Shown here piece after piece: positions 19,465 to 33,169 of a stretch of DNA of 64,000 bases (positions are counted from its first letter, which is position 1; each line of letters starts with the position of its first letter). Made by a program: the position numbers and the translations under genes. This stretch comes from Candidatus Hydrogenedentota bacterium. Its GTDB lineage: Bacteria; Hydrogenedentota; Hydrogenedentia; Hydrogenedentales; SLHB01. Under the pieces are notes generated by a model. It was not told the DNA's origin. It made no database searches and was given only the letters and a program-made list of their open reading frames with translations. Where the stretch lies: assembly GCA_045863295.1 (NCBI GenBank), contig BTWA01000017.1, positions 1 to 64,000 on the forward strand, given 5' to 3'.

Positions 19465-19606
19465 CGCCGCTACCTTTCCGATTCTAAGTGTTCCAATCTC
19501 GGCTGCCGTTGACCGCTCCGGTCGTCTCCTGATCGATTGTCGGCAGCCCACGCATTAATTCTTGGCGCGAGTTCAGCTACCAGGCGGAAGGGCAAGTGCG
19601 CCGCCT

Positions 19607-20086
19607 TCACGCAACCGTGGGGCGTCCCTTGTGCTGTGAAGTCTCATACGTCCCCGGCACCTTCCGAAAACTGACGGCCAGCCGGTTCCATCCGTTAATC
19701 GCCACAACCGCCAGTGTCAGGTCTGCCAACTCTTTCTCGTCGAAGTGCTGCCGGGCGAGCTCATAGACTTCGTCGGGAACGTTCGTTTGTGCGACGTTGG
19801 TCACAGCTTCGGTCCAGGCGAGAGCGGCGCGCTCCCGGTCACTGAAGAATGGCGTCTCGCGCCAGGCGGAGAGCGCGTAGAGTCGCTGCTCTGTCTCGCC
19901 GCCGGCCCGGGCATCCTTGGTGTGCATGTCGATGCAGAAGGCGCAGCCATTAATCTGGGAGGCGCGGGTCTTCACGAGTTCCAGCAGGGAAGGCTCCAGT
20001 CCGCAGCCGTGCACGTATTTCTCCAATCCCCACATGGCCTTAACGCCATCCGGAGCGACGCTCGCATAATCAAGTCGCGGTTGCAT
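19607..20086 (-). CDS. Carboxymuconolactone decarboxylase / AhpD family protein
   Basis: RASQINGCAFCIDMH. Confidence 0.9.
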   Translation of the reverse strand: MQPRLDYASVAPDGVKAMWGLEKYVHGCGLEPSLLELVKTRASQINGCAFCIDMHTKDARAGGETEQRLYALSAWRETPFFSDRERAALAWTEAVTNVAQTNVPDEVYELARQHFDEKELADLTLAVVAINGWNRLAVSFRKVPGTYETSQHKGRPTVA

Positions 20087-20107
20087 TTGTTTTACCTTTC
20101 AGGTGGG

Positions 20108-20452
20108 TTAGTTGGCATTGCGCGAACGAAACATGATCGTCAACAAGACCAAAGAGTCCTCTCTCCCAACGATAGTGTGAGGGACACCACCCGGCAAAAA
20201 AAGCCAATGCCCCTCAGGTACAACTCGCATCTCGCCATTTGCAGTAAATGCAATTTGGCCTTTCATACAATGGATCGTGATTGGGCCTTCCACCTGGTGA
20301 TTGCGACACACCTCGTGTCCTTTTGGGATCTCCATCCGGATGGCCTCAAAGTCTTCGGTCTTCACCAGCGCGTTCGCCTTCGCCTCGGAAAACCCCTCCG
20401 CTTGTGGCCGAAGATCTACGGGAATACCGGGAGCCGCATGCGGAATCGCCAT
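20108..20452 (-). CDS. Cupin domain protein
   Basis: HQVEGPITIHC...GGVPH. Confidence 0.75.
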   Translation of the reverse strand: MAIPHAAPGIPVDLRPQAEGFSEAKANALVKTEDFEAIRMEIPKGHEVCRNHQVEGPITIHCMKGQIAFTANGEMRVVPEGHWLFLPGGVPHTIVGREDSLVLLTIMFRSRNAN

Positions 20453-20577
20453 GATAGTCTCTCCTTTCTTGAAATCAGATTGAACTCGGCAGGAGATTTG
20501 CAATGCACCATCGTCGGCCTTCTCCTTCCGGATCGTCATCTCCTGTCGAATCGTCCTACTTGCGCCGGAGCGTGGCG

Positions 20578-20958
20578 TCAGCGAATCCCATTGGTTTGGC
20601 GGACGCGTTGAAGGTAATTCTTTAGGGCCACAGCGTTATTGTGCTGGGGATCGTGAGCCGCATAGAGAAGCGTAACGGTTTTCTCCCGCGCCAGCTCCTT
20701 GACAGCCTGCCGGACGTCCGGTCTCTCATCTAGTTCCTCGAAGTATCGCCTTTGAAACTCTTCCCAACGGGCCGGGTCATGCCCAAACCAGCGGCGCAGT
20801 TTGTCGCTGGGAGCAACCTCTTTCAGCCAATTGTCGAGTTTGCAGGTCTCTTTATTGAGTCCACGCGGCCATAGCCTATCCACCAGGATTCGAAGTCCGT
20901 CTTGATTTGACGGAGGTTCATAGATTCGCTTCACGCGAAGGTACAGTGAATTGATCAT
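20578..20958 (-). CDS. DUF488 (YeaO-like) family protein
   Basis: RILVDRLWPRG, APSDKLRRWFGHD, HNNAVAL. Confidence 0.88.
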   Translation of the reverse strand: MINSLYLRVKRIYEPPSNQDGLRILVDRLWPRGLNKETCKLDNWLKEVAPSDKLRRWFGHDPARWEEFQRRYFEELDERPDVRQAVKELAREKTVTLLYAAHDPQHNNAVALKNYLQRVRQTNGIR

Positions 20959-20999
20959 CTTCCGACTCCATGCCGCGGGGGTCTTTCGGACTACAGCCT

Positions 21000-21587
21000 C
21001 TACTTCTCGGACAAGCCCGCGCCTACGTGTCCGAGGCTCGCGAGCGATCGCCGCTTTCTCATTTCCTCGCCGATTTCCCGAATTTCCTCAGATTTTAGTA
21101 TGCGAACTGCGATCGCAAAGACCTTCCCTTCCTCAAGTTGAATGTGAGCCGCATAAATCTCTTCCAGTTCATCAAGCGCCGGCCGAAGGCGCTCACGTTG
21201 AGCGTCGTCCAGTCGACCCGTTTCGAGCCAACTGCGCACCACGCGGTCAACGAGCGAATGGAGCGCCTCGCAACCGCGATGGTCGTTTTCCAGACGCTCT
21301 AAATCGGCCGTGACCTCCCGTGCGTCCGGGTCGCCGGAGTATCGCATCCGTGGGAATAGCGACTGCTCCTCGTCAGCCGTATGGCGCGGCGCGAAGTTCG
21401 CGAAGTAGTTCAGCGAGGCCTCTAATGCGTGACGTCCTTCTTCCTCGAGTTCGCTATTGCCGAATCGCCGTTCGGCTTCTCGCAATACTTCTAGAAAATG
21501 CTCGATCCGCCGATGGCAATCTTTCATCATCTCGATGGGTTCGCTGAAATCGGCCAGCGGTTTGCCGCCCACGTTCACGGCCATCAC
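21000..21587 (-). CDS. Hemerythrin domain protein
   Basis: CHRRIE, HTADEE, DH, HIQLEE. Confidence 0.85.
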   Translation of the reverse strand: MMAVNVGGKPLADFSEPIEMMKDCHRRIEHFLEVLREAERRFGNSELEEEGRHALEASLNYFANFAPRHTADEEQSLFPRMRYSGDPDAREVTADLERLENDHRGCEALHSLVDRVVRSWLETGRLDDAQRERLRPALDELEEIYAAHIQLEEGKVFAIAVRILKSEEIREIGEEMRKRRSLASLGHVGAGLSEK

Positions 21588-22315
21588 ACCTTCGCCCTTT
21601 CGACAAGTTCGGCTTCGAGCTTGGCGGCCCTCGGAAACAGCACGTTGTCTTCTTTGTGAACGTGCTGATGCATGTCGTGCTCGAGGCGGGCCAACGCATC
21701 AAGCATCACACGGTACGTGTTACAGGCCCAGTCAGGCGGGGTATAGTCATCAGTCAGCGCGCGCATTCGCTCGAGTGCCGCGCCTGCGTCGTGATGCTCC
21801 AGCTCCATTTGCCGAATCGGATTGGTGATCGAGCCACAGTGGAACTTCGGAAGCGCATCGCTCGCTTCCAGCCGGCGAGTCATGGGAAACAGGATTTGCT
21901 CTTCCTTCATCATGTGGCTGGTCATTTCGGCTGCCAGCGAAAGCAGCGTCTTGCGAACGTCGTGCAGGCGAGCGTCTTCCCCTCCGTGCACAGAAGCCAC
22001 TTTCTCCGTGAGCGCATCAAGCCGGGGCAACTCCGAGCGGAGGTAAGCATGGTGCGTGTGCTCGACGTGGTCAGCCAACTCCGTGAGCGACATGGCCGCC
22101 GCATCCACGAGCGGCTCTCCCTCGGACGCCGCCTCTGACTGCTCCAGCCTGTCGGCGAACGCCTGCGGATCAACGCCTTTTTCCCGGCATGCCTCCTCCA
22201 GCGTCTTTTTGCCGCCGCAGCAGTAGTCCACACCGGCCGCTTCAAACGCATGCGCAAGCATTGGGCGCCGTGCGATGATCTCTCCCACTATGTCTTGAAC
22301 GGAAATCGTGCTCAT
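21584..22315 (-). CDS. ric: Iron-sulfur cluster repair di-iron protein (Ric/YtfE/ScdA)
   Basis: DYCCGG, HHAYLR, HMMKEEQILFP, MELEH, HVHKEDNVLFP. Confidence 0.93.
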   Translation of the reverse strand: MSTISVQDIVGEIIARRPMLAHAFEAAGVDYCCGGKKTLEEACREKGVDPQAFADRLEQSEAASEGEPLVDAAAMSLTELADHVEHTHHAYLRSELPRLDALTEKVASVHGGEDARLHDVRKTLLSLAAEMTSHMMKEEQILFPMTRRLEASDALPKFHCGSITNPIRQMELEHHDAGAALERMRALTDDYTPPDWACNTYRVMLDALARLEHDMHQHVHKEDNVLFPRAAKLEAELVERAKV

Positions 22316-22347
22316 CGGGACTCTCCTTATTTCAGCTGGCGTTGCAG

Positions 22348-22770
22348 CTACGTCACCTCGCACAACGGAACGATTGGGCTTGCCGAACGGAGCAGTTTCG
22401 CGATCGTCACGCGCCCCAGTGCACGTTCTGCCGCGGCGTAGACCTGGTCCAATTCGCTGTGGAGAGGGCAGAGCTTCGTGTGCGATGGCAGCCCAAGCGG
22501 GCAACTGCGGATACGCTCCAGCGGCGCCACGGAACTGACCACGTCGAGGATCGTGATATCCTCAGGCCGTTGCGCCAACGCGTAGCCGCCGCCGGGACCG
22601 GGCTGCGATCGCACGAGCCCGCCACCCACCAAGTCTTGCAAAACCTTGTGCAAATAGCGGCGTGGTACCTTCGTGCGCTCGGCCAGGAGGTCGGCCGAAG
22701 CCGTTCGCCCTGGTTCGCGGGCCAGCCACACCACGGCCCGTAAGGCATACTCTGAAGACTTGGGCAACAT
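22348..22770 (-). CDS. Rrf2 family transcriptional regulator
   Basis: [28 protein letters not shown]...CPLH. Confidence 0.92.
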   Translation of the reverse strand: MLPKSSEYALRAVVWLAREPGRTASADLLAERTKVPRRYLHKVLQDLVGGGLVRSQPGPGGGYALAQRPEDITILDVVSSVAPLERIRSCPLGLPSHTKLCPLHSELDQVYAAAERALGRVTIAKLLRSASPIVPLCEVT

Positions 22771-22804
22771 GCATCACCTCGCTTGATCGTATCCTCTACC
22801 CATA

Positions 22805-22832
22805 ATTATACACATTTACATGTAGATTTCAA
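22805..22832 (-). promoter_or_regulatory. Sigma70-type promoter of the Rrf2 operon with an imperfect palindrome (possible Rrf2 operator)
   Basis: Minus strand TTGAAA-N16-TATAAT; TCTACAT-N4-ATGTGTA spans the spacer. Confidence 0.55.
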
Positions 22833-23228
22833 ATTACCCCTGACACGAGCCGACAGAAATGGCTACTCATGCTACAAATGCCCGAGTAGCGACACGCTGT
22901 CGTGGAGCAGCATTGCAGATGTACTTTGTAGATTATTTGACAGGACACCAGCTTTGCCCTCGGTGTTGAATCGATGTTCATAGCCATGCCACTAGTGGGT
23001 GTCGCGACGCTCTGTTTGGCCATCGCTGTGATGCGGGCTCATCACTTCTGATTGCTTTCAATGGGCTTGTCGGTTGCTGAGAGCGCCGCTGAAGCAGAAC
23101 TCTTTCTGACAAGAACGCGCGGCAATTTCACATTCTACGAGAGACTTACCCTGGGTCTGTCGTTATCCCGCTGGCAATGGTTTCGCCTCGTGGATGGATG
23201 AGCTACGGCCCCAAATCGAGGGAGGACG

Positions 23229-23663
23229 CTACTGAGAATCGGAGAGAGCCACGAATTGCTTTCTCATGGTTTGGAAAGCCTCAAGCTGCTCTTGTGCAGA
23301 GGCAAGCTTGGTCATGGAACGCAGACGCCTCTCGGTAAAGAAGGCAATCGCGGCAGAGTCCTTTACGGCACTCAGTTCGGTGATGACTGCTGGTGGGAGT
23401 TTGAGGAGGTTCAGGAGTTGGGTGACGCGAGCCCGAGTCAGACCCAATTGTTGCGCAAGCCGGGCCCGGTCGCGGATCGTGCCCTGGTCCAGCATCTTTC
23501 GAAAGAACAATGCGAGCGCTACTGGATTGATCGGTTCGGTCTCTTCCGGTTCCCCGGCTGGGGTCACCGCGTATATCACATTGCGAACTAATGAGTTGCG
23601 ATATACCGGTGAGACGTGCCATCCGAAGGCAAAAGTTCGCTGAGTTCGCACTACGCGGAGCCA
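23229..23663 (-). CDS. att-adjacent HTH frame, copy 2 (frame continues to GTG 23714)
   Basis: WLRVVRTQRTFAFGWH...LAQQLGLTRARVTQLLNLLKLPP...FFTERRLR. Confidence 0.72.
   Translation of the reverse strand, partial: WLRVVRTQRTFAFGWHVSPVYRNSLVRNVIYAVTPAGEPEETEPINPVALALFFRKMLDQGTIRDRARLAQQLGLTRARVTQLLNLLKLPPAVITELSAVKDSAAIAFFTERRLRSMTKLASAQEQLEAFQTMRKQFVALSDSQ
23629..23663 (+). mobile_element. Element right end / att junction with tRNA-Asn 3' fragment CGCGGAGCCA
   Basis: 21-mer + N4 + CGCGGAGCCA, identical to the 3' end of the tRNA-like sequence at 35328-35337. Confidence 0.8.
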
Positions 23664-23673
23664 TGATATCCAG

Positions 23674-23703
23674 AGGGGTTGCGCTTCGTGCGTAACCCCT
23701 TTT
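23674..23703 (+). terminator. Terminator hairpin after the att core
   Basis: AGGGGTTGCGC-ttcgt-GCGTAACCCCT-TTT; near copy at 35346-35380. Confidence 0.7.
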
Positions 23704-23887
23704 CGTTTAATCACTTAACCCGCTCGATTGCACCCAGGTTCCTTTTGGCCAGTTTGCGAGTTAGCGAACTTTCGCGCACAGGTTCTACCGAATGAAGGGG
23801 ACGGAATCGGGCAAAGTGCATTCCAAAGCAAGCATTCTCATACCGGGTGGTGGCAAGTCGGTGCCAGTGCCTGTATCGCTTGGCCGG

Positions 23888-26107
23888 CTATTTATCGCGT
23901 ACGCTATCATAGAGATTTAGTAGTCGAAGTCCGTTGAAGATAACCAGAAGCGACGCTCCCATATCGGCAGCGATGGCCATCCAGAGGGTGGCGGCACCCG
24001 CAAGCGAGAGAATGATAAAGACGGCCTTCAGTCCCAGAGCGAAGATTATGTTTTGCCGGATGATGCGAAGTGTGCGCTTCGAGTGTTTTATAAGCCAGGG
24101 TAGTTTAGAGAGGTCATCAGACATGAGAGCGATATCTGCCGTCTCCAATGCAGCATCGGTTCCAGCCGCGCCCATGGCGATACCGACGCTAGCCGCTGCA
24201 AGGGCGGGGGCATCATTTATGCCGTCCCCGACCATGGCCACCTTTCCGAAAGCGGTTACAAGTCTTTGAACGGCTTCTACTTTGTCCTCTGGAAGCAGTT
24301 CGGCTTCCACATCATCAACTCCAACCTCATCGGCGATAGCTTCGGCTGTACCGTAGTTGTCGCCCGTTAGCATAATGACCTTTTGTATACCGGCATCCTT
24401 TAAAGCCAGAACAATTTCTCTTGATTCCGGCCTAACGGCGTCTGCCACGCTGATGAGGCCGCATACGTGTTTGTCATTTCCAACGATGATAACCGAATGG
24501 CCGGCGTTTTCGAGTCGTTGGGCCTCTTCGTGGATTCGCTCATCCTCTTGCCCTAGCTCGTGAAGTAGGCGATGGCTCCCGATCCAGTACAAGCTCCCAT
24601 TGATATACCCTTTTGCCCCCTTACCTTTTATCGCCTGAAATCCCGCCGCCGGTGTGAATCGAACACTATCGGCATCAGCCCGGCGCAGAATAGCTCTTGC
24701 TAACGGGTGCTCGCTTTGGGATTCCAGTGCGGCGGCACGCTCAAGCACCTCATAGGCGGAGTGACCGCTCAACGGCACGACCAGTTGCACTTCCGGTTGA
24801 CCACGCGTCAGGGTTCCGGTTTTGTCCATGGCGATAGCTCTTAGTTGGGCTGGGGCTTCAAGAAAGACTCCACCTTTTATGAGAACTCCGGCGCGGGCGG
24901 CGGAACTTAGGCCAGCGACAATGCTGACCGGGGTAGAAATAACAAGTGCGCACGGACACGCGATGACAAGTAACACGAGACCCTGATAGAACCAAGTCGC
25001 CCATGCTCCTCCAAACACAATTGGGGGCACGATCATGACGAGCACGGACAGACCCATCATGATGGGCGTGTAGTACCGTGCAAACTTCTCGACCCACTGC
25101 TCGCTTGGTGCGCGTCGAGATTGGGCTTCCTCGACCATCCTGACGATCCTTGCAATGGTAGTGTCAGTCGCGAGTTTTGTTGTTCGAAACTCGAAAGAAC
25201 CCTGTTCGTTGACGCTTCCGGCAAATACGGTGTCACCGACATCCTTGGCTTCCAGTTTCGATTCTCCCGTGATTGGAGCCTGATTGACGGTCGTGGATCC
25301 TTTGGTCACTGTTCCGTCGAGCGGAATCTTTTCTCCGGGTTTGACCAGAACGGCAGTCCCAACGGGTACGTCCGCGATTTCCATTTCCTTGATCCCGCCG
25401 TCATCCAGCAGACATCTGGCAGTGGGGGAGGCCACTTCCATGAGTGCGGAAATCGCCTTTCGGGCTCGACCGACGCTCCATGACTCTAAAAGGAGGGCGA
25501 CGCCAAAGAGAAGTGTGACAACAGCTGCTTCAAGCCATTCACCGATAGCTATGGCGCCGATGACAGCCACGGTCATCAAGAGGTTCATATCGGGCCTTAT
25601 GCGCCGCGCAGAGTTCCATGCTTTCGGGAAGATGTGCCAGCCCGACGCAAGAATTCCAGCCCCGTAAAGGACTAGAGTTGGGAAGGGGAATCGGTGGCCG
25701 GCGGAACCGCTGCTCGCGAAAGCATGCAAGAATCCATGGTACTGGACATGGATCAAAAACCCGGCAAATGTCGCAAGTCCACCCAGGATAACGAATAATG
25801 TACGCCCATGTCTCTGCCAGAGACTGTTAGAAGCGGTGGCGTTCCTCATATGCGCTTGCCAGGGCGTGGCCTGCATCCCTGTCCGGGCCACGGCTGCAAT
25901 AATGGCTTCATCTCGAATGTCTTTTTTTGCCGGCGCAATGGTGATTCTTGCATTGAGCAGGTCAAACGAGATGCATTCTTCGCCGCCTACCAACGGTCCA
26001 AGTTCGCGCTTTAGAATCGCAATTTCCTCAGCGCAATCCATGCCCCGAATCTTAAACGACTTTGGAATTGGCCCAAGATTGGGACCCCCATTCGTGATCA
26101 TCGGCAT
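23888..26107 (-). CDS. cadA: Heavy-metal (Cd/Zn/Pb/Co) translocating P1B-type ATPase
   Basis: GMDCAEE HMA-like domain, TGES, CPC, DKTGT, SEHPL, GDGINDAP. Confidence 0.92.
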   Translation of the reverse strand: MPMITNGGPNLGPIPKSFKIRGMDCAEEIAILKRELGPLVGGEECISFDLLNARITIAPAKKDIRDEAIIAAVARTGMQATPWQAHMRNATASNSLWQRHGRTLFVILGGLATFAGFLIHVQYHGFLHAFASSGSAGHRFPFPTLVLYGAGILASGWHIFPKAWNSARRIRPDMNLLMTVAVIGAIAIGEWLEAAVVTLLFGVALLLESWSVGRARKAISALMEVASPTARCLLDDGGIKEMEIADVPVGTAVLVKPGEKIPLDGTVTKGSTTVNQAPITGESKLEAKDVGDTVFAGSVNEQGSFEFRTTKLATDTTIARIVRMVEEAQSRRAPSEQWVEKFARYYTPIMMGLSVLVMIVPPIVFGGAWATWFYQGLVLLVIACPCALVISTPVSIVAGLSSAARAGVLIKGGVFLEAPAQLRAIAMDKTGTLTRGQPEVQLVVPLSGHSAYEVLERAAALESQSEHPLARAILRRADADSVRFTPAAGFQAIKGKGAKGYINGSLYWIGSHRLLHELGQEDERIHEEAQRLENAGHSVIIVGNDKHVCGLISVADAVRPESREIVLALKDAGIQKVIMLTGDNYGTAEAIADEVGVDDVEAELLPEDKVEAVQRLVTAFGKVAMVGDGINDAPALAAASVGIAMGAAGTDAALETADIALMSDDLSKLPWLIKHSKRTLRIIRQNIIFALGLKAVFIILSLAGAATLWMAIAADMGASLLVIFNGLRLLNLYDSVRDK

Positions 26108-26192
26108 ATTTCTCCTAACGTGTTTTGCTCAGCTCCTGGGCGCGACAAGTACACGAGGGATAGTACATAGACCTTGGAACTCACGTTTGCGT

Positions 26193-29676
<3,484 letters not shown>

Positions 29677-29702
29677 TCAGTTGTTGCCGCGTTTATGTGG
29701 GC

Positions 29703-30050
29703 TTATACCGCGTCGATTTGTTCCTCACCGGACCGAATCCTGACAATACGCTCGGCGTCGGTTACGACTATCAGGCCGTCCGCGGCATTGCCGGTATGGG
29801 CCGCTTTCTGGATGACTGCGACGATTTGGTCGCAAGTGCTGTCCGCACAAAAGACCATCAAGAGGCGCATGGCGCGGAAATCGAGGCTGTCTTCGGTCGC
29901 AACATATTTTCCGCCCGGTCCGCGACCGCGGCTCTGTCCTTCACACGGAGAGAGAGTGACGCCGGGAAAATGCTCACAATCGTGCAATGCGCTCAAGATG
30001 CGGTGTACCGCGTCGGTGCGGACTATGGCTCGAATTTCTTTCATGGACAT
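29703..30050 (-). CDS. P-II-like protein
   Basis: MKEIRAIVR...AHTGNAADGLIVV...RIRSGE. Confidence 0.85.
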   Translation of the reverse strand: MSMKEIRAIVRTDAVHRILSALHDCEHFPGVTLSPCEGQSRGRGPGGKYVATEDSLDFRAMRLLMVFCADSTCDQIVAVIQKAAHTGNAADGLIVVTDAERIVRIRSGEEQIDAV

Positions 30051-30055
30051 TCTCC

Positions 30056-31615
30056 TCAGTGGTCGTGCGCGGCGCCGGCTTTTTCGATGTCTGCCTTGAT
30101 CAGATAGCTGTTCTTGCTGACAAATAGCTCGCCAGGACTTAACCCGCTTACAATCTCGACGAGTGATCCGTCGCTACGGCCCTGCTCGACAGGACGCGCT
30201 TCGTAGGTATTGCCTACTGAGACGAACGCGACTGACCAGTCGCGAAATGTTTGAATCGCGTCCACCGGCACGGCAACCGGCACAGACGACTCTTCACCTG
30301 CAACGGTGACTGTCACAAAGAGCCCTGGGCGCCACAGTCCTTCCGGATTTGGTAAGTCAACTATCGCCTTGGCGGTGCGCGTTTGTTCGCCGACCAACGC
30401 ACCTACGAAGGCAATCACGCCTTGTGCTTCGATTCCCAAGTCTTGAGAATGTACGGTAACGGGCTGGTTCTCTCGGATGCGCTTGAGGTCGGCGGCATAC
30501 ACCACGACTTCGGCCCAGAGACTGCTTAGATCGGCAATGACAAACGCGTCCGCGTTATCGGCCACGGCTTCGCCAATGCTCATGTGCTTTTCGATGATGG
30601 TGCCATCGATTGAAGAATGAATCGGATAGTCCGTCAGCGTCTTGTCTTTACCACCGCGGATGTCTGCAACCTGTTCCGGCGATAGTCCAAGAGAGCGTAG
30701 TTTCTGTTCCGCCGATCGCACGCTTACGTCCAACTCGGCGAGTGCCTGTCTGGCAGTCAGGAATTCCTCTTCCGAAGAAATCTTCTTGTCGAAGAGGTCC
30801 TTCTCTCGACTAGAGCGAACACGAGCGAGTTCTCGCCGCTCCAGGTCCGCGAGGAATGCACTCTTGGCATCGGCCAGTTCACGGCTGTCTATAACGGCCA
30901 GAAGGTCTCCCTTTTTCACAGTGTCGCCGAGGTTCTTGTGGACTTCGCGCACTAAGCCGGGGAGGCGCGGTACGACGTGTACAATTCGATTGGGATTGAG
31001 TTGGATTTCACCCGGTAATGCCACAACGTCGCGAATGGTGCCCGGCCCGGCTGGTTGGGTCTCGATTCCACCCTCCCTAGCCGCTTCTTCGCTTATCTCA
31101 ACACGGCCTTCATAGCTCTCATAACTCCACGTAAACGGCTTTCCTGCGTGCTCCGCATTGACCTCAACGTCGAATGAATGCGGTTCCTCGACTTCCTGAT
31201 TGCTCTTGAGGAAATCGTCCTCGGGAGAAAAGGTGATGCTATCGGTACGTCCGCCAAGGCGGTGAAGAAGAATCGTGAGTTGTACCTCATCCGGTGGCAG
31301 GGGATTTTCGTCGGCATAGGGATAGACCCGGAACTCAGGCGGCACGCCCGTCTCGAATATCGTGATTTCAAGTTCGAGTCCTTCGCCGTGCAACATACGC
31401 CCGCCGTGTGGGCCTCGCTCACCCTCTTCGTCATGGCCGCCCTCCTCCGCGTGGCCGTGAACGTCGGCTTCCTGAGCTTGCTCTTCATGACCACCGGCGT
31501 GACCGTGTTCGTCTTCGCCAACTGGTTCCGCGCGGTTGGCAGTGACGAAATAGTAGGCCCCACCGAGTCCGGCGATGGCGATCGCGATTACGACAATTGC
31601 ATTGAACACTTTCAT
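30056..31615 (-). CDS. czcB: CzcB-type RND membrane fusion protein with His-rich N-terminal domain
   Basis: EHGHAGGHEE, GPHGGR, WRPGLFV, C-terminal AAHDH. Confidence 0.9.
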   Translation of the reverse strand: MKVFNAIVVIAIAIAGLGGAYYFVTANRAEPVGEDEHGHAGGHEEQAQEADVHGHAEEGGHDEEGERGPHGGRMLHGEGLELEITIFETGVPPEFRVYPYADENPLPPDEVQLTILLHRLGGRTDSITFSPEDDFLKSNQEVEEPHSFDVEVNAEHAGKPFTWSYESYEGRVEISEEAAREGGIETQPAGPGTIRDVVALPGEIQLNPNRIVHVVPRLPGLVREVHKNLGDTVKKGDLLAVIDSRELADAKSAFLADLERRELARVRSSREKDLFDKKISSEEEFLTARQALAELDVSVRSAEQKLRSLGLSPEQVADIRGGKDKTLTDYPIHSSIDGTIIEKHMSIGEAVADNADAFVIADLSSLWAEVVVYAADLKRIRENQPVTVHSQDLGIEAQGVIAFVGALVGEQTRTAKAIVDLPNPEGLWRPGLFVTVTVAGEESSVPVAVPVDAIQTFRDWSVAFVSVGNTYEARPVEQGRSDGSLVEIVSGLSPGELFVSKNSYLIKADIEKAGAAHDH

Positions 31616-33168
31616 GGTTGTTCCTCGTGCGATTCGTTCGTTTCGGGTATGGCAAACAGCGCCTGACCGGTGAGACGTTCCACATCCGCAAGGTATTGGT
31701 AGTACCTAGACTGCGCGTCTAGTAGCTGACTTCGCGCGTCGAACAGGCTGCGTTGCGCGAAAAGCACGTCCAGCAACCCGAACTTGCCCTGAAGATAGCC
31801 TTCGTTGGTGGCCTCGAATGCCTCTTGCGCTTTCGGCAAGACATCCGATCTCAGGGTGCTTGCTTCTATATGGGCAGCCTCGAGCACACTGTACCGCGCG
31901 GCTAGCGTTGCGCCGACCTGCACCTGCGTAGCACGCCGCTGGGCGGACGCTTTGAGCGCCATGTACTCGGCCTCACGAATTCGCCCTTGGTTGCGATGGA
32001 ATAGCGGTAACGGAATCGAAGCGCCAAGCACCAGCGACTGCTCCCGCGAATCGTGCGGCCGTACAGTTGATTGCGAGTATCCAAAGTTGCCCTCGCCCGT
32101 GAGTCCGTACGCCTGCTGGTCACGTGCGCCAAGCCCCGTGCTTCGAAAACCCAGCGTCACCGTCACATCCGGTTTGGCATTGGCTCGTTCGAGTTCTATC
32201 GCAGCTTCTCGAAGGTCAACTTCGGCCATCCAACGCGACAAATCGGGAACTGTTTCCAACTGTTGCCCAAGTTCGTCCAGCGGGGGTATGGCTTGTGTCT
32301 CGTCAAACTGGCCGATGGCGTTCGTGAACGTTGCGGATGTCGCACCCCAGTAAGACACCAGAGATATTCTTGCAGCATCCAGTTCGCGTCTCGTACGCTC
32401 GACTCCGATCCGCACCACACCGGCTTCGACTTCCACTTTGGAGAGTTCAATGGGAGACACTTTGCCCGCATCAACCCGCGCACGCACGGTATCCTGGACC
32501 TGTTGCGCTAAGTCGGCCAAGGCGGTCGCCAGCCGTAGACGTTCTTGGGTGGCTACGACTTCGTAGAATGCCTTTGCCGCGTTCGCAAGAACATCGGCTC
32601 GTGCAACCTCGTAGTCCCATGCGGCGACTGCCTGTTCGCGTTTTGCCACGTTAATTCGCTTCCCGCGTTTTCCGCCCAGTTCGATGAGCTGCGAAAGGCT
32701 TAGTGTAATCTCCGCTTCGCGCAACCCGGATTCGGATCCGGTTTCTCTGGTCCGTTCATATTCGGGCACGAAACCACGCCGGAAGATAGGAACCGCTATG
32801 TCTCCACTGGGGGTTGTTATGGTCTGGGTTTCGCTGGTAAGTGGACTGGAAAGTCCGAAACGCTTGGATGTCACACCCGGCCCGGATTGAAGCCGTAAAT
32901 CCTCGACCTGAATGGAAAGCTCGGGATTCGGTCTGAGGCGCGCCTGTATTTCACGCGCCTCTGCAGCGCGAATGTCCCACGAGTATGCCGCCAAAGACGG
33001 ATTCTGTCTTAAGGTTAACGCGAGTGCCTGTCCAAGCGTCAATTCCCCTATAGGATTCTCAATTGCCGCAGACTCTGGCTCCTGACTGGAGTCTGCGCTG
33101 TTGGCGTGCGAAACTGAGCAAATAAGCCATGTCGCGAATAACATGACGGCTATTCGAAAAGCCCACAT
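31612..33168 (-). CDS. czcC: CzcC/TolC-family outer membrane factor
   Basis: QARLRPNPEL, IELGGKR, GYLQGKFGLLDVL. Confidence 0.88.
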   Translation of the reverse strand: MWAFRIAVMLFATWLICSVSHANSADSSQEPESAAIENPIGELTLGQALALTLRQNPSLAAYSWDIRAAEAREIQARLRPNPELSIQVEDLRLQSGPGVTSKRFGLSSPLTSETQTITTPSGDIAVPIFRRGFVPEYERTRETGSESGLREAEITLSLSQLIELGGKRGKRINVAKREQAVAAWDYEVARADVLANAAKAFYEVVATQERLRLATALADLAQQVQDTVRARVDAGKVSPIELSKVEVEAGVVRIGVERTRRELDAARISLVSYWGATSATFTNAIGQFDETQAIPPLDELGQQLETVPDLSRWMAEVDLREAAIELERANAKPDVTVTLGFRSTGLGARDQQAYGLTGEGNFGYSQSTVRPHDSREQSLVLGASIPLPLFHRNQGRIREAEYMALKASAQRRATQVQVGATLAARYSVLEAAHIEASTLRSDVLPKAQEAFEATNEGYLQGKFGLLDVLFAQRSLFDARSQLLDAQSRYYQYLADVERLTGQALFAIPETNESHEEQP

Positions 33169-33169
33169 A

